From the NCBI GenBank assembly GCA_024408505.1, contig JAKSUZ010000005.1:2055-66054 (forward strand): a stretch of DNA of 64,000 nucleotides, in the 5' to 3' direction. Positions 20,935 through 30,399 of the stretch are shown here, piece after piece; position 1 is the first letter of the stretch; every line of letters begins with the position of its first letter. The notes beneath the pieces were generated by a model, which worked only from the letters and a program-made list of their open reading frames with translations, was not told the DNA's origin and ran no database searches. This DNA comes from Bacilli bacterium. GTDB taxonomy: Bacteria; Bacillota_I; Bacilli_A; RFN20; CAG-826. The position numbers and the translations under genes are program-made.

Positions 20935-21825
20935 TTACTCCTTTACGCCTCCAAGGTTAACGCCAGCTGCGAAATATTTTTGAATGAAAGGATAAATAAT
21001 GATAATCGGAATAACCGATGCCACAATCATACAATAGAACAAAGATTGAACTGAGAATACTTCTAGGTTGAAGGTGGTATCAGTACCTTTAACATAAGTA
21101 TCAAGGAAGTTACGGATATACACTTGAAGCGGAATTTGTTCTTCAGATGTAATTGTCTGCGCCACCCAGAAGTATCCATTCCAACGAGAAATACCATAGA
21201 ATAAGGCAACCGTTGCAATCGTTGCTTTTGAAATAGGCGTATAAACCTTAGAAGCAATTTGGAATTCATTCGCGCCATCAACTAATGCTGCTTCTTCAAT
21301 TTCTTTTGGAACGCCCCTAAAGCCGTTTCTCAATAAAACCACGTTATAAGCATTTAAGCCCATTGCAATAACAACCATCCATTTTTCATCGATAATGCCA
21401 ATGCTCTTAAAGGCGTTATTAGTTAAGTCATAGAAGAATTTAGTGGCAAATAATCCAGCCGAGAACCACATAGTAAAGACAAGTAAGAAGTTAAGCGCTC
21501 TACCAAACGGTAGTCTTTCTTTACTTAATGCGTATGCACCAATAATCGAAACTAAAATTGAGAATAATGTTCCGAAGAAAGTTAAGAATAATGTATTGGC
21601 GTAGCATAACCAGAAGCTTGTTCTTTGGAAAATATCTGTAAAGGCATCAAATTGAATACCCACCGGCCATAAAATAATTTTGCCAGCTTCAATTGCTTCT
21701 TTACCAGAAATCGAACAGGAAATGGCATATATAAACGGATATAAACAAGCTACTGCAAAAATAGTTAGTAAGAAGTAGGATACTATTTTGAAGCCGATTT
21801 CTGAACGATCTAATCTTTTATGCAT
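20935..21825 (-). CDS. Carbohydrate ABC transporter permease (LplC-like)
   Basis: 296 aa with six TM segments and an EAA-like loop 'EEAALVDGANEFQI'. Confidence 0.85.
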   Translation of the reverse strand: MHKRLDRSEIGFKIVSYFLLTIFAVACLYPFIYAISCSISGKEAIEAGKIILWPVGIQFDAFTDIFQRTSFWLCYANTLFLTFFGTLFSILVSIIGAYALSKERLPFGRALNFLLVFTMWFSAGLFATKFFYDLTNNAFKSIGIIDEKWMVVIAMGLNAYNVVLLRNGFRGVPKEIEEAALVDGANEFQIASKVYTPISKATIATVALFYGISRWNGYFWVAQTITSEEQIPLQVYIRNFLDTYVKGTDTTFNLEVFSVQSLFYCMIVASVIPIIIIYPFIQKYFAAGVNLGGVKE

Positions 21826-21839
21826 AACTTATCCTTACA

Positions 21840-22847
21840 TTAATATAGCGAAGTTTCAGACACCCTACGAGCGATGATATTACTACCTACAACAAGTAGC
21901 ATCGCAATTACGGCGTTAAGTAAGTCGGCCGAAGCAGCGATTGCTTTCGATAATTGATCAACAACACCATCAGAGGCCATGCCAGAGTGTCGCATAACGA
22001 AAGTAGCAACAATATCTGCGGTCTCCCATGTTTCTTGTTGATATAACAAGTAAACCTTTTCATAACCGATGGTAAATAGCTTACCAATATCAAGAATTAA
22101 CATAATAGTAATGGTCGAGGCCATACCTGGGAGCGTGACGTTTTTAATTTGCGCCCATTTGCTAGCACCATCCATTTTCGCAGCTTCATAAGAAGTCGGC
22201 GATATAGCAAGAACAGCAGCGAAATAAACAATTGAACCATACCCAGCGCCTTCCCAAATACCAGAGATTTGATAAATAGCTCTAAAGTATTGAGGGCTCT
22301 TTAGTAAGTCTGTTCCTTCAGGAATAAGTTTCATTGCGGTAAGAAGTTGAGTAATTAAGCCGCCTTGATACACCTCTGTTTGCTTTGTACATAATAAGGT
22401 TACTAATGATGTAATAACAACAATAGAAACGAATTTTGGTAAATAAGTTGCAACTTGAAGGAAGGAACGATAACCTTTATTTTTAACTTCAGAGAAGAGT
22501 AACGCTAAGATAATTGGAATTGGGAAACCAAAGAGCAACCCATAGAAGGCTAACATGAAGGTATTTCTAAAGGCTCGCCAAAAAGTAGGATCAGTCATTA
22601 ATGACTTAAATCCGGCTAAACCAATGAAATCACTACCTAAGATTCCTAAACCACTATCGTAGTTTTTAAATGATAAGGTAAGACCATACATTGGTAAATA
22701 TTTCCAGAAAAAGAATACTAGAATCAAAGGAATAAGCATGACATAAAGACGCCAATCTTTGAGCATTCTTTTTAAAGTAATGCTCCAATGGTTTTTCTCA
22801 TAATAGAGAGTAACTATTTCCTTTTCTTTACTGTCAACCTTAAACAT
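21840..22847 (-). CDS. Carbohydrate ABC transporter permease (LplB/YtcP-like)
   Basis: 335 aa. N-terminal 'WRLYVMLIPLILVFFFWKYLPMYGLTLSFKNY' and EAA-like loop 'YEAAKMDGASKWAQI'. Confidence 0.85.
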   Translation of the reverse strand: MFKVDSKEKEIVTLYYEKNHWSITLKRMLKDWRLYVMLIPLILVFFFWKYLPMYGLTLSFKNYDSGLGILGSDFIGLAGFKSLMTDPTFWRAFRNTFMLAFYGLLFGFPIPIILALLFSEVKNKGYRSFLQVATYLPKFVSIVVITSLVTLLCTKQTEVYQGGLITQLLTAMKLIPEGTDLLKSPQYFRAIYQISGIWEGAGYGSIVYFAAVLAISPTSYEAAKMDGASKWAQIKNVTLPGMASTITIMLILDIGKLFTIGYEKVYLLYQQETWETADIVATFVMRHSGMASDGVVDQLSKAIAASADLLNAVIAMLLVVGSNIIARRVSETSLY

Positions 22848-23646
22848 TTTTGTCTTTTTTATCCTGTTTTTCAGTTAGGCAATCCATAGGATTATCTATT
22901 TTAATGTTACCGCTTTCAGAGTACATTTTCAACAATTCTTTTTCTTGGTCTTCAGTAAGAGTCCCTCCGTCTAAGAGGGTTGAATTATCAATCTGGCCGA
23001 ATTCAGTAAAAGAACTATCACTATTAAAATTAGGTTTTTCCTTCATTTCTTTTAACCCACCGAGTTTTTTTAATTCCTTTACTTCCTTGACATATTTATT
23101 CATCTCAACAACTATGTTGCCGCCTTTTCTATTAGCGATAAGTAACAAGATTGTTGAAGTAAACATCGACATACATTCTTGAACCAATAAATATTTTAAG
23201 TTATTAATGAACACGTCATTAAATTGATCAATGTGGAAAAAGCAAGATATTAAATCTCTAAATAAAATTACTAGAAAAGAATCGAATAAAAGATAAGAAA
23301 TAAGGATAAAAGGATTCTTAATTCTTTTTCTACCAATTATAATCTGAAAGACTATAAATCCAGGTAACATTCCTAAAACACCGCCACAAACATATGAGGT
23401 ATAAGCTTCAATTTCTTTATTATTAGTAGAAATCGAAACTGAAACAATAGAAGCAAACACTAAAACGATGATACCTGAAATGCCCCATCTATACATAGAT
23501 ATGAGGGTTAAAACAACGGTAAATGACATGAAAATTAGCTGGAAAGAAGAAAAATTAACACTTGCAAAATGGTTAATTACTTCAAAAACAATAGCCACAA
23601 TCGAAAAGAGCAATAAATCTACCCATTTAAATTGCTTCAAAGTCAT
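22840..23646 (-). CDS. Polytopic membrane protein with a charged cytoplasmic tail, unknown family; first gene of the ABC operon
   Basis: 268 aa: about 5-6 hydrophobic segments followed by a roughly 90-aa K/E/D-rich tail. Overlaps the permease gene by 8 nt. Confidence 0.5.
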   Translation of the reverse strand: MTLKQFKWVDLLLFSIVAIVFEVINHFASVNFSSFQLIFMSFTVVLTLISMYRWGISGIIVLVFASIVSVSISTNNKEIEAYTSYVCGGVLGMLPGFIVFQIIIGRKRIKNPFILISYLLFDSFLVILFRDLISCFFHIDQFNDVFINNLKYLLVQECMSMFTSTILLLIANRKGGNIVVEMNKYVKEVKELKKLGGLKEMKEKPNFNSDSSFTEFGQIDNSTLLDGGTLTEDQEKELLKMYSESGNIKIDNPMDCLTEKQDKKDKNV

Positions 23647-23673
23647 ATGCTAATATTACCTTATTTTTCGTCA

Positions 23674-23718
23674 ATTTTCAATCAGGCAAAATTTGAAAAT
23701 CTAAATAATAAATTTAGA
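23674..23718. promoter_or_regulatory. Two inverted repeats in the divergent promoter region between the ABC operon and the second ATPase gene
   Basis: ATTTTCAA (23674-23681) pairs with TTGAAAAT (23693-23700). TCTAAAT (23700-23706) pairs with ATTTAGA (23712-23718). A TG-n-TATAAT box at 23745-23752 serves the plus-strand gene. Confidence 0.3.
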
Positions 23719-23766
23719 ATTACACTTTACGATAGCTAAATTATGGTATAATGCCTCTAGAAACTT

Positions 23767-24861
23767 ATGCCAGAAATAAAATTTGAAAAAGTAAATAAAA
23801 TTTACGAGAATGGCTATCACGCTGTTCATGATTTAGATCTCACTATTAAGAACAACGAATTCGTTATTCTTGTCGGCCCTTCTGGATGTGGTAAATCTAC
23901 CACGCTTAGAATGCTAGCCGGTCTAGAAAGCATTTCAGGCGGTGAATTAAAAATCGATAATAAGGTTGTCAACGCCTTAAAACCAAAAGATCGTGGGATT
24001 GCGATGGTTTTCCAAAGTTATGCGCTTTATCCAACAATGACCGTTTACGATAACTTAGCCTTTGGCTTAAGACTTGCTGGCGTTGATGAAGATACCATTG
24101 AAAAAAGAGTTGAAGAAATATCTAAGATTTTAGGGATAAAAGATTATTTACCACGTAAACCTAAAGCTCTTTCTGGTGGCCAACAACAAAGAGTTGCGTT
24201 AGGTCGTGCTCTAATTAGAAAAGCAAATGTTTTCTTAATGGACGAGCCTTTAAGTAATCTTGATGCTTTACAAAGAGTTAACATGCGTAGTGAAATTAGA
24301 AGAATTCATAATATTACCGGTGCGACGACTGTTTATGTTACCCACGACCAAATTGAAGCAATGACTATGGCAGATAGAATCGTAGTTATGAAAGATGGCT
24401 ACATTCAACAGATTGGTACACCAAAAGAATTATATTTCCATCCAACTAACTTATTCGTCGCGGGATTTATTGGCGATCCACAAATGAACTTTATCAAAGG
24501 CCATGTTACTGGCGATACCTTTGTGGCTAGCAAAGACGGAGCAAAGATTAAACTCCCTGGTTATGACCACGCTTTATTAAGTCGAGTGGCAAAACATAAA
24601 GAAGTAATTATGGGTTTTAGACCAGAATCATGTGGTCTAGGCAAAAGCAAAAATAAAGGCATTTTAAACTTAACCATGATTGTTGAAGTTAGCGAAATGC
24701 TTGGTGACACTCTTAACATATACGGCAAGATTGGCGAAAACGAAGTAGTCTTTAGAACCAATCCTTTCACTAAATACGAAGTCAATAAACCATTAGACTT
24801 CTATGTTCCTTACGATCGAATTTTATTCTTCGATACAAAAAGCGAAAATATAATTGAATAA
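23767..24861 (+). CDS. Sugar ABC transporter ATP-binding protein (second MsmK/MalK-type paralogue)
   Basis: Walker A 'GPSGCGKST', 'LSGGQQQR' and 'VFLMDEPLSNLD'. 364 aa. Confidence 0.9.
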   Translation: MPEIKFEKVNKIYENGYHAVHDLDLTIKNNEFVILVGPSGCGKSTTLRMLAGLESISGGELKIDNKVVNALKPKDRGIAMVFQSYALYPTMTVYDNLAFGLRLAGVDEDTIEKRVEEISKILGIKDYLPRKPKALSGGQQQRVALGRALIRKANVFLMDEPLSNLDALQRVNMRSEIRRIHNITGATTVYVTHDQIEAMTMADRIVVMKDGYIQQIGTPKELYFHPTNLFVAGFIGDPQMNFIKGHVTGDTFVASKDGAKIKLPGYDHALLSRVAKHKEVIMGFRPESCGLGKSKNKGILNLTMIVEVSEMLGDTLNIYGKIGENEVVFRTNPFTKYEVNKPLDFYVPYDRILFFDTKSENIIE

Positions 24862-24870
24862 TTGCGAAAT

Positions 24871-26802
24871 TTATTTCACATCATATTCATATCTTAAATT
24901 AATATTTGAATTATCAATTAGGAAATCTTTTACGTTGTTTATTTTGTAATTATGTTTAGAAATATATTCTAACGATAAGTGATTAAAGTTAACTTTGTTA
25001 TTCTTAATACGATTTTTAAATTCTTCAAACGATTCATCTTTTTTACAAGACAATTCATAAATCCAATAAGTATTACGACCTGGTTGCACTAAGTCAAAAC
25101 TCTTATTAATATCTTTTAACATTCCTTGAGTAGCGTTTATAACATACTCGCTATTTCTCTTTAGGAATAATTCGTTTTTAGCGATCAAGGCTAGATAAGA
25201 GTCTTTAACACGCGCGAAAGCGTAACGACCCTCTACAGTATATTCATCAAATAATTCAGTTGGGAAGAAAGTATGAGTATAGTCTAAAGTTTTAGTGAAT
25301 GAACCAAACAATTTATTTTCATATAAGAATGCATGCGTTCTTTTTGGAATATCGTAGATTAACATCGCAACGTTTTTATCTTGTACCGCAAACGGAGCAA
25401 AACAAAAACTAGCGAAATACGAAGGAGCTCTACTATAGTCAATTTTTGGATTATCATTTTCGTAACTTGGATGCATTGTAAAAACGGTTATTCCTTTAGG
25501 AAGAGTTACTACCATCGTGTTCATTTGCGCTCCTAATTTATTCATATGGTGAGCTTGGTTAGTGGACATCTTGAAATATTTATTTCGATAAGTATAAACA
25601 TTGCTTTCTTCAATACCCATTCGGTTATTATAGAAATTAAATTTCTTTGATAATTTATCCATTAAACCTAATTTATATAATAAAGGTGAATAAAATGAAC
25701 GAACCCAATATAAAAAATTGTTATGGTAAAGTTGTTTATGATTTTTCAACAATTTAATTGTTAAATTAAAAACCCCAGGGTTAGTCAATACGCCTGATCC
25801 TAAACGCATCATTAAAGATTTAGTCGAATTATTATCTAACCCTTCTCTCGCGTAATTAGAAACATCTAACGAGAAGCGACGTTTAGTAATTGTTTCATCT
25901 TCGTAATATAAATTTTTAATTTCGTCAGGAATTTGAAGCGATTTATCTTTTAGGTAGCAATAAGTAAATATAGATTCGGCACTTGAATAATTGTTATAAG
26001 CAAAATTACCATCGCCCCAAATATTATCAATTATTGTTTTGCTATGAGGTTCATCATAACTGCAGTTCATGACATTACGTGGGTAATCACGACCACTCGC
26101 ATTAATCCATGTATCTTCAAAAGCGTTAGTAGCGAAGAATCTTAAGATAGTATGAATTTCTTTTTTGCACTTTCTTTTTATCTCATTGCTATCTGAATAT
26201 TGGTAAAGAAAGGTAAGGGCGGTCAAAGAAATCGGTATATAGTTGCTTGAATAGAATTCACTATAAGAATATTTGCTTCTTAATTCAATCCAAGCGTTAA
26301 AACGCTCTAAGGCTATTTTTTGATGTTCTAATCCATTTTTGTGATCATTAGTAAATATTTCATCCGGATATAATTTTCCAATTAAATATTCACAAGCAAT
26401 AAAACACATTTGATGATTTTCTGAGTAGTAACACATTGAATCGTTACCGAGTTCAGTAATCCAAAATTTAAATCCTAAAAGACTTTCTTTAATCTTCTGA
26501 TTAATTTCAGGATATCTATCTAGCAAGTCTTGCCCAATAAATTTTAATTTAAGCAATTGAATAACCCGAAAGTCGCTGCAATCATAACGATGATTAACAT
26601 AATCAAGCAACGGCAAGACGCTGGCAGAAAGAATCTTCTCATCAATATCGTTAAAGGTAAATTCAATATTAGGATTTTTCTTGTCGCGATGTTCACACAC
26701 CCAAACAAGCTTTCTAATTGAAGTGGCATGAACATTAGCAGGCGGTCTTCTTGGGCAAGTTTTAGAGTGATGGGATATGAGATAATTTATTAACCAGATC
26801 AT
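24871..26802 (-). CDS. Uncharacterised cytoplasmic protein, paralogue of 34536..36320
   Basis: 643 aa with no signal peptide. Shares 'YDCSDFR', '(S/T)ENHQ...EYL.G..YP' and 'SEF.S.NY.P' blocks with the 594-aa ORF. Last gene of the uxaB-uxaA-GH78 operon, with a 1-nt gap. Confidence 0.5.
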   Translation of the reverse strand: MIWLINYLISHHSKTCPRRPPANVHATSIRKLVWVCEHRDKKNPNIEFTFNDIDEKILSASVLPLLDYVNHRYDCSDFRVIQLLKLKFIGQDLLDRYPEINQKIKESLLGFKFWITELGNDSMCYYSENHQMCFIACEYLIGKLYPDEIFTNDHKNGLEHQKIALERFNAWIELRSKYSYSEFYSSNYIPISLTALTFLYQYSDSNEIKRKCKKEIHTILRFFATNAFEDTWINASGRDYPRNVMNCSYDEPHSKTIIDNIWGDGNFAYNNYSSAESIFTYCYLKDKSLQIPDEIKNLYYEDETITKRRFSLDVSNYAREGLDNNSTKSLMMRLGSGVLTNPGVFNLTIKLLKNHKQLYHNNFLYWVRSFYSPLLYKLGLMDKLSKKFNFYNNRMGIEESNVYTYRNKYFKMSTNQAHHMNKLGAQMNTMVVTLPKGITVFTMHPSYENDNPKIDYSRAPSYFASFCFAPFAVQDKNVAMLIYDIPKRTHAFLYENKLFGSFTKTLDYTHTFFPTELFDEYTVEGRYAFARVKDSYLALIAKNELFLKRNSEYVINATQGMLKDINKSFDLVQPGRNTYWIYELSCKKDESFEEFKNRIKNNKVNFNHLSLEYISKHNYKINNVKDFLIDNSNINLRYEYDVK

Positions 26803-26803
26803 A

Positions 26804-28999
26804 TTATCGCTTCACTGTGATTTCCTTATTGCTTATTACATTATTATAATGATTATCCAAAATAATGCGCGCCTTAATTCCTTTGGGTACACTAATTTTA
26901 TAGACCTTGTCATCCCAATAAACTTTTATATCACCGAACTTAGTTTTCGTCATTGATTTAACATAGCCTAATCTTTTATCAGGAATTGGTGAAATTTCAA
27001 TTTCTTCATATCCAGGTTTTTTAATTTTAATTCCTACTGCGTTATTAAAGATCCAAGAATAAACCGCACCATAAGCATAATGGTTAAATGAATTCATACC
27101 AGGAGTTGAAAATGTTCCATCTTCTTTAATCCCGTTATAGCGTTCCCAAATAGTGGTAGCACCTTTATTAACACTATAGAGCCAACTAGGGAACTTCTCT
27201 TGAAAGAGAATTGCGTAGGCTAAATTATGATATCCATTTTCGCTAAGCGTTTCTAGTAAATAAGGAGTGCCTAAGAAACCAGTTGCTAAACGATTGCCGC
27301 AATCATGTACTAAATTCACTAAGTCCTTAATTAAAGTTTTGCGATCTTCTTTTTTGCATAAATTAAAGTGAAGTGAATAAACTAGTCCAGTTTGGGTATA
27401 GCAAGATTCATTCACTTTTAGTGAGAAGAGTAGTCCCTTCTTACCAATCATGTGACCATTTTTAATAAATTTCTTTTGGTAAACTTGTTTAACTTTTTTT
27501 AATAGTTCTTCGTATTTTTGGTAAGGTTTATCAATTTCCTTCAGAAAATAAATAAGAATTGATAAATCAATCGCTAGATACGCGACATTAAGAAGCTTTT
27601 CGCTAGTCCCACCAATGGAAGAACCATGACCAGTTAATAGATCAGTTCTATCCATTGCAATCCAATCGCCCCAAATATGAGAGAAGTAAGGTATATATTT
27701 TTCTTTAGCGCTATTTAATAAATAGTTAATCCATTTTTTAATGCATTCAATATTATCGTAAATAATCTTTTTATCGCCATACGCTTGATAAAGTTGATAC
27801 GGAACCATCGCACAAGCATCACCCCAGCCAATACCAATTCTCATTCCCCAATTGTGTGTAGGAATGACGCTATAAACTGTGCCATCCTTTTTCTGTGTGA
27901 GTCTTAAATCTTTTAACCATTTATTCAAAAACCTTTTGACATCAAAATTAATTGCTGCAGTTTTCGCAAATACTTGTGTATCAGCGGTCCAACCTAAACG
28001 TTCGTTACGTTGAGGACAATCAGTAGGGATATCTAAATAATTAGATAATTGTCCATAAATAACATTCTTATATAAACGATTAATTTTTTTATTACCGCAT
28101 TCAAACGTATTGGTTTTTCTTAATTCCGAATGCACTAATACTGCAGTGAAGTTTTCTTTCTTTAAATATTTAGGACATCTAAAAATTTTGATATAACGTC
28201 CACCCATAAAAGAAAATAGTGGACGATAGGTTTCTTCTTTCCCGGTTAAGGTATAAGAATAAGTTGATTTTGCTGCACGATAATTCTCATCATAAAAATG
28301 ACCACATTTATCTAATACTTCGGCAGGTTTAATGGTGATAACATCACCTTTAATTCCTTTGACTTTTATTTCAACAATACCAGTATAATTCTGTCCAAAA
28401 TCAATTAACGTTTCGCCAATATCATTAGTCCACATCCTAAGCGGCTTAATTCGTTCGCCATCAATTATTCTTTCACCTTCTTGTGGAACTAATTTAGATT
28501 TAACTTTAACTAAGTTAGTGTGTAGCTTTAAAGGTTTTAATAATTTATTTTGCGTTTCACCATTATAAATATTTGCGTAACTAACATGATTAGTAAATAG
28601 TTGATCATCTTTTGAGCTAGTGATAACTTCCTTGCTATTATCTTGATAGATAATGGTTAACTCATAAATTAGCGAAGCGGGATAAGTAATATAATCTTTG
28701 ATTGGCGCCACAAATTCTTTGGCCATCCAACCTTCACCAACCAATATTTTTAATTCGTTTTGTTTCTTTAAAAATTTAGTAATGTCATAAATTTGATATT
28801 GCACGCGTAATTGAAGTTCTGTATAACCAGGTTTAAAAACATCTTGTTTGGGATATTGATTATTAACATAAAGATGATACCAACCTAAAGCTGAAACTTT
28901 GATGGTAGCTTTTTTAATCTTCTTTTTTAAATTGAATTTCTTAACTAGAGAGTAGGAAGTGTAATCAATTTCTTTTACACTAATCCAATCGGCTTTCAT
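26804..28999 (-). CDS. Alpha-L-rhamnosidase (GH78)
   Basis: 731 aa with the hallmark 'DCPQRNERLGWTADTQVF' and 'ATTIWERYNG' blocks. No signal peptide. Confidence 0.85.
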   Translation of the reverse strand: MKADWISVKEIDYTSYSLVKKFNLKKKIKKATIKVSALGWYHLYVNNQYPKQDVFKPGYTELQLRVQYQIYDITKFLKKQNELKILVGEGWMAKEFVAPIKDYITYPASLIYELTIIYQDNSKEVITSSKDDQLFTNHVSYANIYNGETQNKLLKPLKLHTNLVKVKSKLVPQEGERIIDGERIKPLRMWTNDIGETLIDFGQNYTGIVEIKVKGIKGDVITIKPAEVLDKCGHFYDENYRAAKSTYSYTLTGKEETYRPLFSFMGGRYIKIFRCPKYLKKENFTAVLVHSELRKTNTFECGNKKINRLYKNVIYGQLSNYLDIPTDCPQRNERLGWTADTQVFAKTAAINFDVKRFLNKWLKDLRLTQKKDGTVYSVIPTHNWGMRIGIGWGDACAMVPYQLYQAYGDKKIIYDNIECIKKWINYLLNSAKEKYIPYFSHIWGDWIAMDRTDLLTGHGSSIGGTSEKLLNVAYLAIDLSILIYFLKEIDKPYQKYEELLKKVKQVYQKKFIKNGHMIGKKGLLFSLKVNESCYTQTGLVYSLHFNLCKKEDRKTLIKDLVNLVHDCGNRLATGFLGTPYLLETLSENGYHNLAYAILFQEKFPSWLYSVNKGATTIWERYNGIKEDGTFSTPGMNSFNHYAYGAVYSWIFNNAVGIKIKKPGYEEIEISPIPDKRLGYVKSMTKTKFGDIKVYWDDKVYKISVPKGIKARIILDNHYNNVISNKEITVKR

Positions 29000-30399
29000 T
29001 AAAGCGTGACTCCTTTCTTAAAGAAAGCAATCTCACCATTATCTTCTTGTTTAGTTTTATATTTACCGCTAGCGGTATCAATTACTAATTTAAATAATTG
29101 CTCGCTTGAATTAGTTTCAGCATCAAAATCAATCCAATTCTTTTTATGCTTGGCTAAATTCTTATTCGTAGAAATTTTAATAGTAGGAACAATGGTCGCA
29201 AATGGAGTTCCTCGTCCGGTTGTAAATAAAATTAATTGCGCACCAGAGGCCGCTAAAGCAGTCGCGGCGATTAAGTCATTACCTGGACCATTTAAAACGT
29301 TTAGGCCGCTCTTTTTAACGATTTCAGTATAATCTAATACATCAACGATTGGTGTACTTCCAGCTTTCGTGATACATCCTAATGATTTTTCTTCTAAAGT
29401 AGTAATGCCGCCTTCTTTATTTCCAGGAGATGGATTTTCGTAAACCGGAAAACCTAAATCTGTATAATACTTTTTAAAATCAGTAATTAGTCTTAGATAT
29501 TTTTGATAAATACTTTTGTTGATGCATTTATTCATTAAGATTTGCTCGGCGCCAAACATTTCGGGCACTTCCGTTAAAATCGAAGAACCACCACAGGCGA
29601 TTAGTTTATCACTAACTTCACCAACTTTTGGATTAGCAGTTAATCCACTAAAGGCATCTGATCCACCGCACTTTAAGCCTATTGTTAATTCGGATAGACT
29701 GACTTTGCTTCTTTTTAATTTAGAAGCTTTTTCTACTAACTTCTTTAATAAATTAAAACCATAAGTAATATCGTCATCAACTTCTTGTGCGTTATAGAAA
29801 AAGATATTACCTCTCTTGTATGGTTTTAATAATTCTTTAATTCCATTAATTTGATTATTTTCGCAACCTAGACCAATAAAAATAACATACGTAGCATTTG
29901 GATTAAGCGCTAACGAGACTAGTAACTTTTTAAAATCATTATGATCTTCGCCTAATTGAGAACAACCAAATTGATGAGTAACCGCAAAGATATTATCAAT
30001 GCTGCCTAATTTTAATTTACTGGCCTTGGCTTTTAATGTTTTCGCTAATGAGTTAACACAACCAACAGTCGGAATTAAATAAATATCATTACGAATGCCC
30101 GCTGGACCATTCTTTCTCTTATAACCCAAAAAATAACCTTTTTCTTTCTTTAATTTACTTAATTTAGGATTATACGAATAAGTAAATTTTTGATTAAGAT
30201 GAGAAACTAGATTGTGCGAATGCACCCATTCACCTTTTTTAATATTTGATTTTGCAATTCCAATCACTTCACCATACTTAATAACTTGGTTACCTTTTTT
30301 AATATCTTTTAAAGCAACTTTATGACCAAGTTTAACTTTACCCGCTTTAAGCGAAACACCAACATTATCTTTTTTGTTAATGATTAGTAAACTATTCAT
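28999..30399 (-). CDS. uxaA: Altronate dehydratase (UxaA family hydro-lyase)
   Basis: 466 aa. Has an N-terminal SAF-like segment 'INKKDNVGVSLKAG' and the family-typical Cys-rich core. ATGA overlap with uxaB. Confidence 0.8.
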   Translation of the reverse strand: MNSLLIINKKDNVGVSLKAGKVKLGHKVALKDIKKGNQVIKYGEVIGIAKSNIKKGEWVHSHNLVSHLNQKFTYSYNPKLSKLKKEKGYFLGYKRKNGPAGIRNDIYLIPTVGCVNSLAKTLKAKASKLKLGSIDNIFAVTHQFGCSQLGEDHNDFKKLLVSLALNPNATYVIFIGLGCENNQINGIKELLKPYKRGNIFFYNAQEVDDDITYGFNLLKKLVEKASKLKRSKVSLSELTIGLKCGGSDAFSGLTANPKVGEVSDKLIACGGSSILTEVPEMFGAEQILMNKCINKSIYQKYLRLITDFKKYYTDLGFPVYENPSPGNKEGGITTLEEKSLGCITKAGSTPIVDVLDYTEIVKKSGLNVLNGPGNDLIAATALAASGAQLILFTTGRGTPFATIVPTIKISTNKNLAKHKKNWIDFDAETNSSEQLFKLVIDTASGKYKTKQEDNGEIAFFKKGVTL

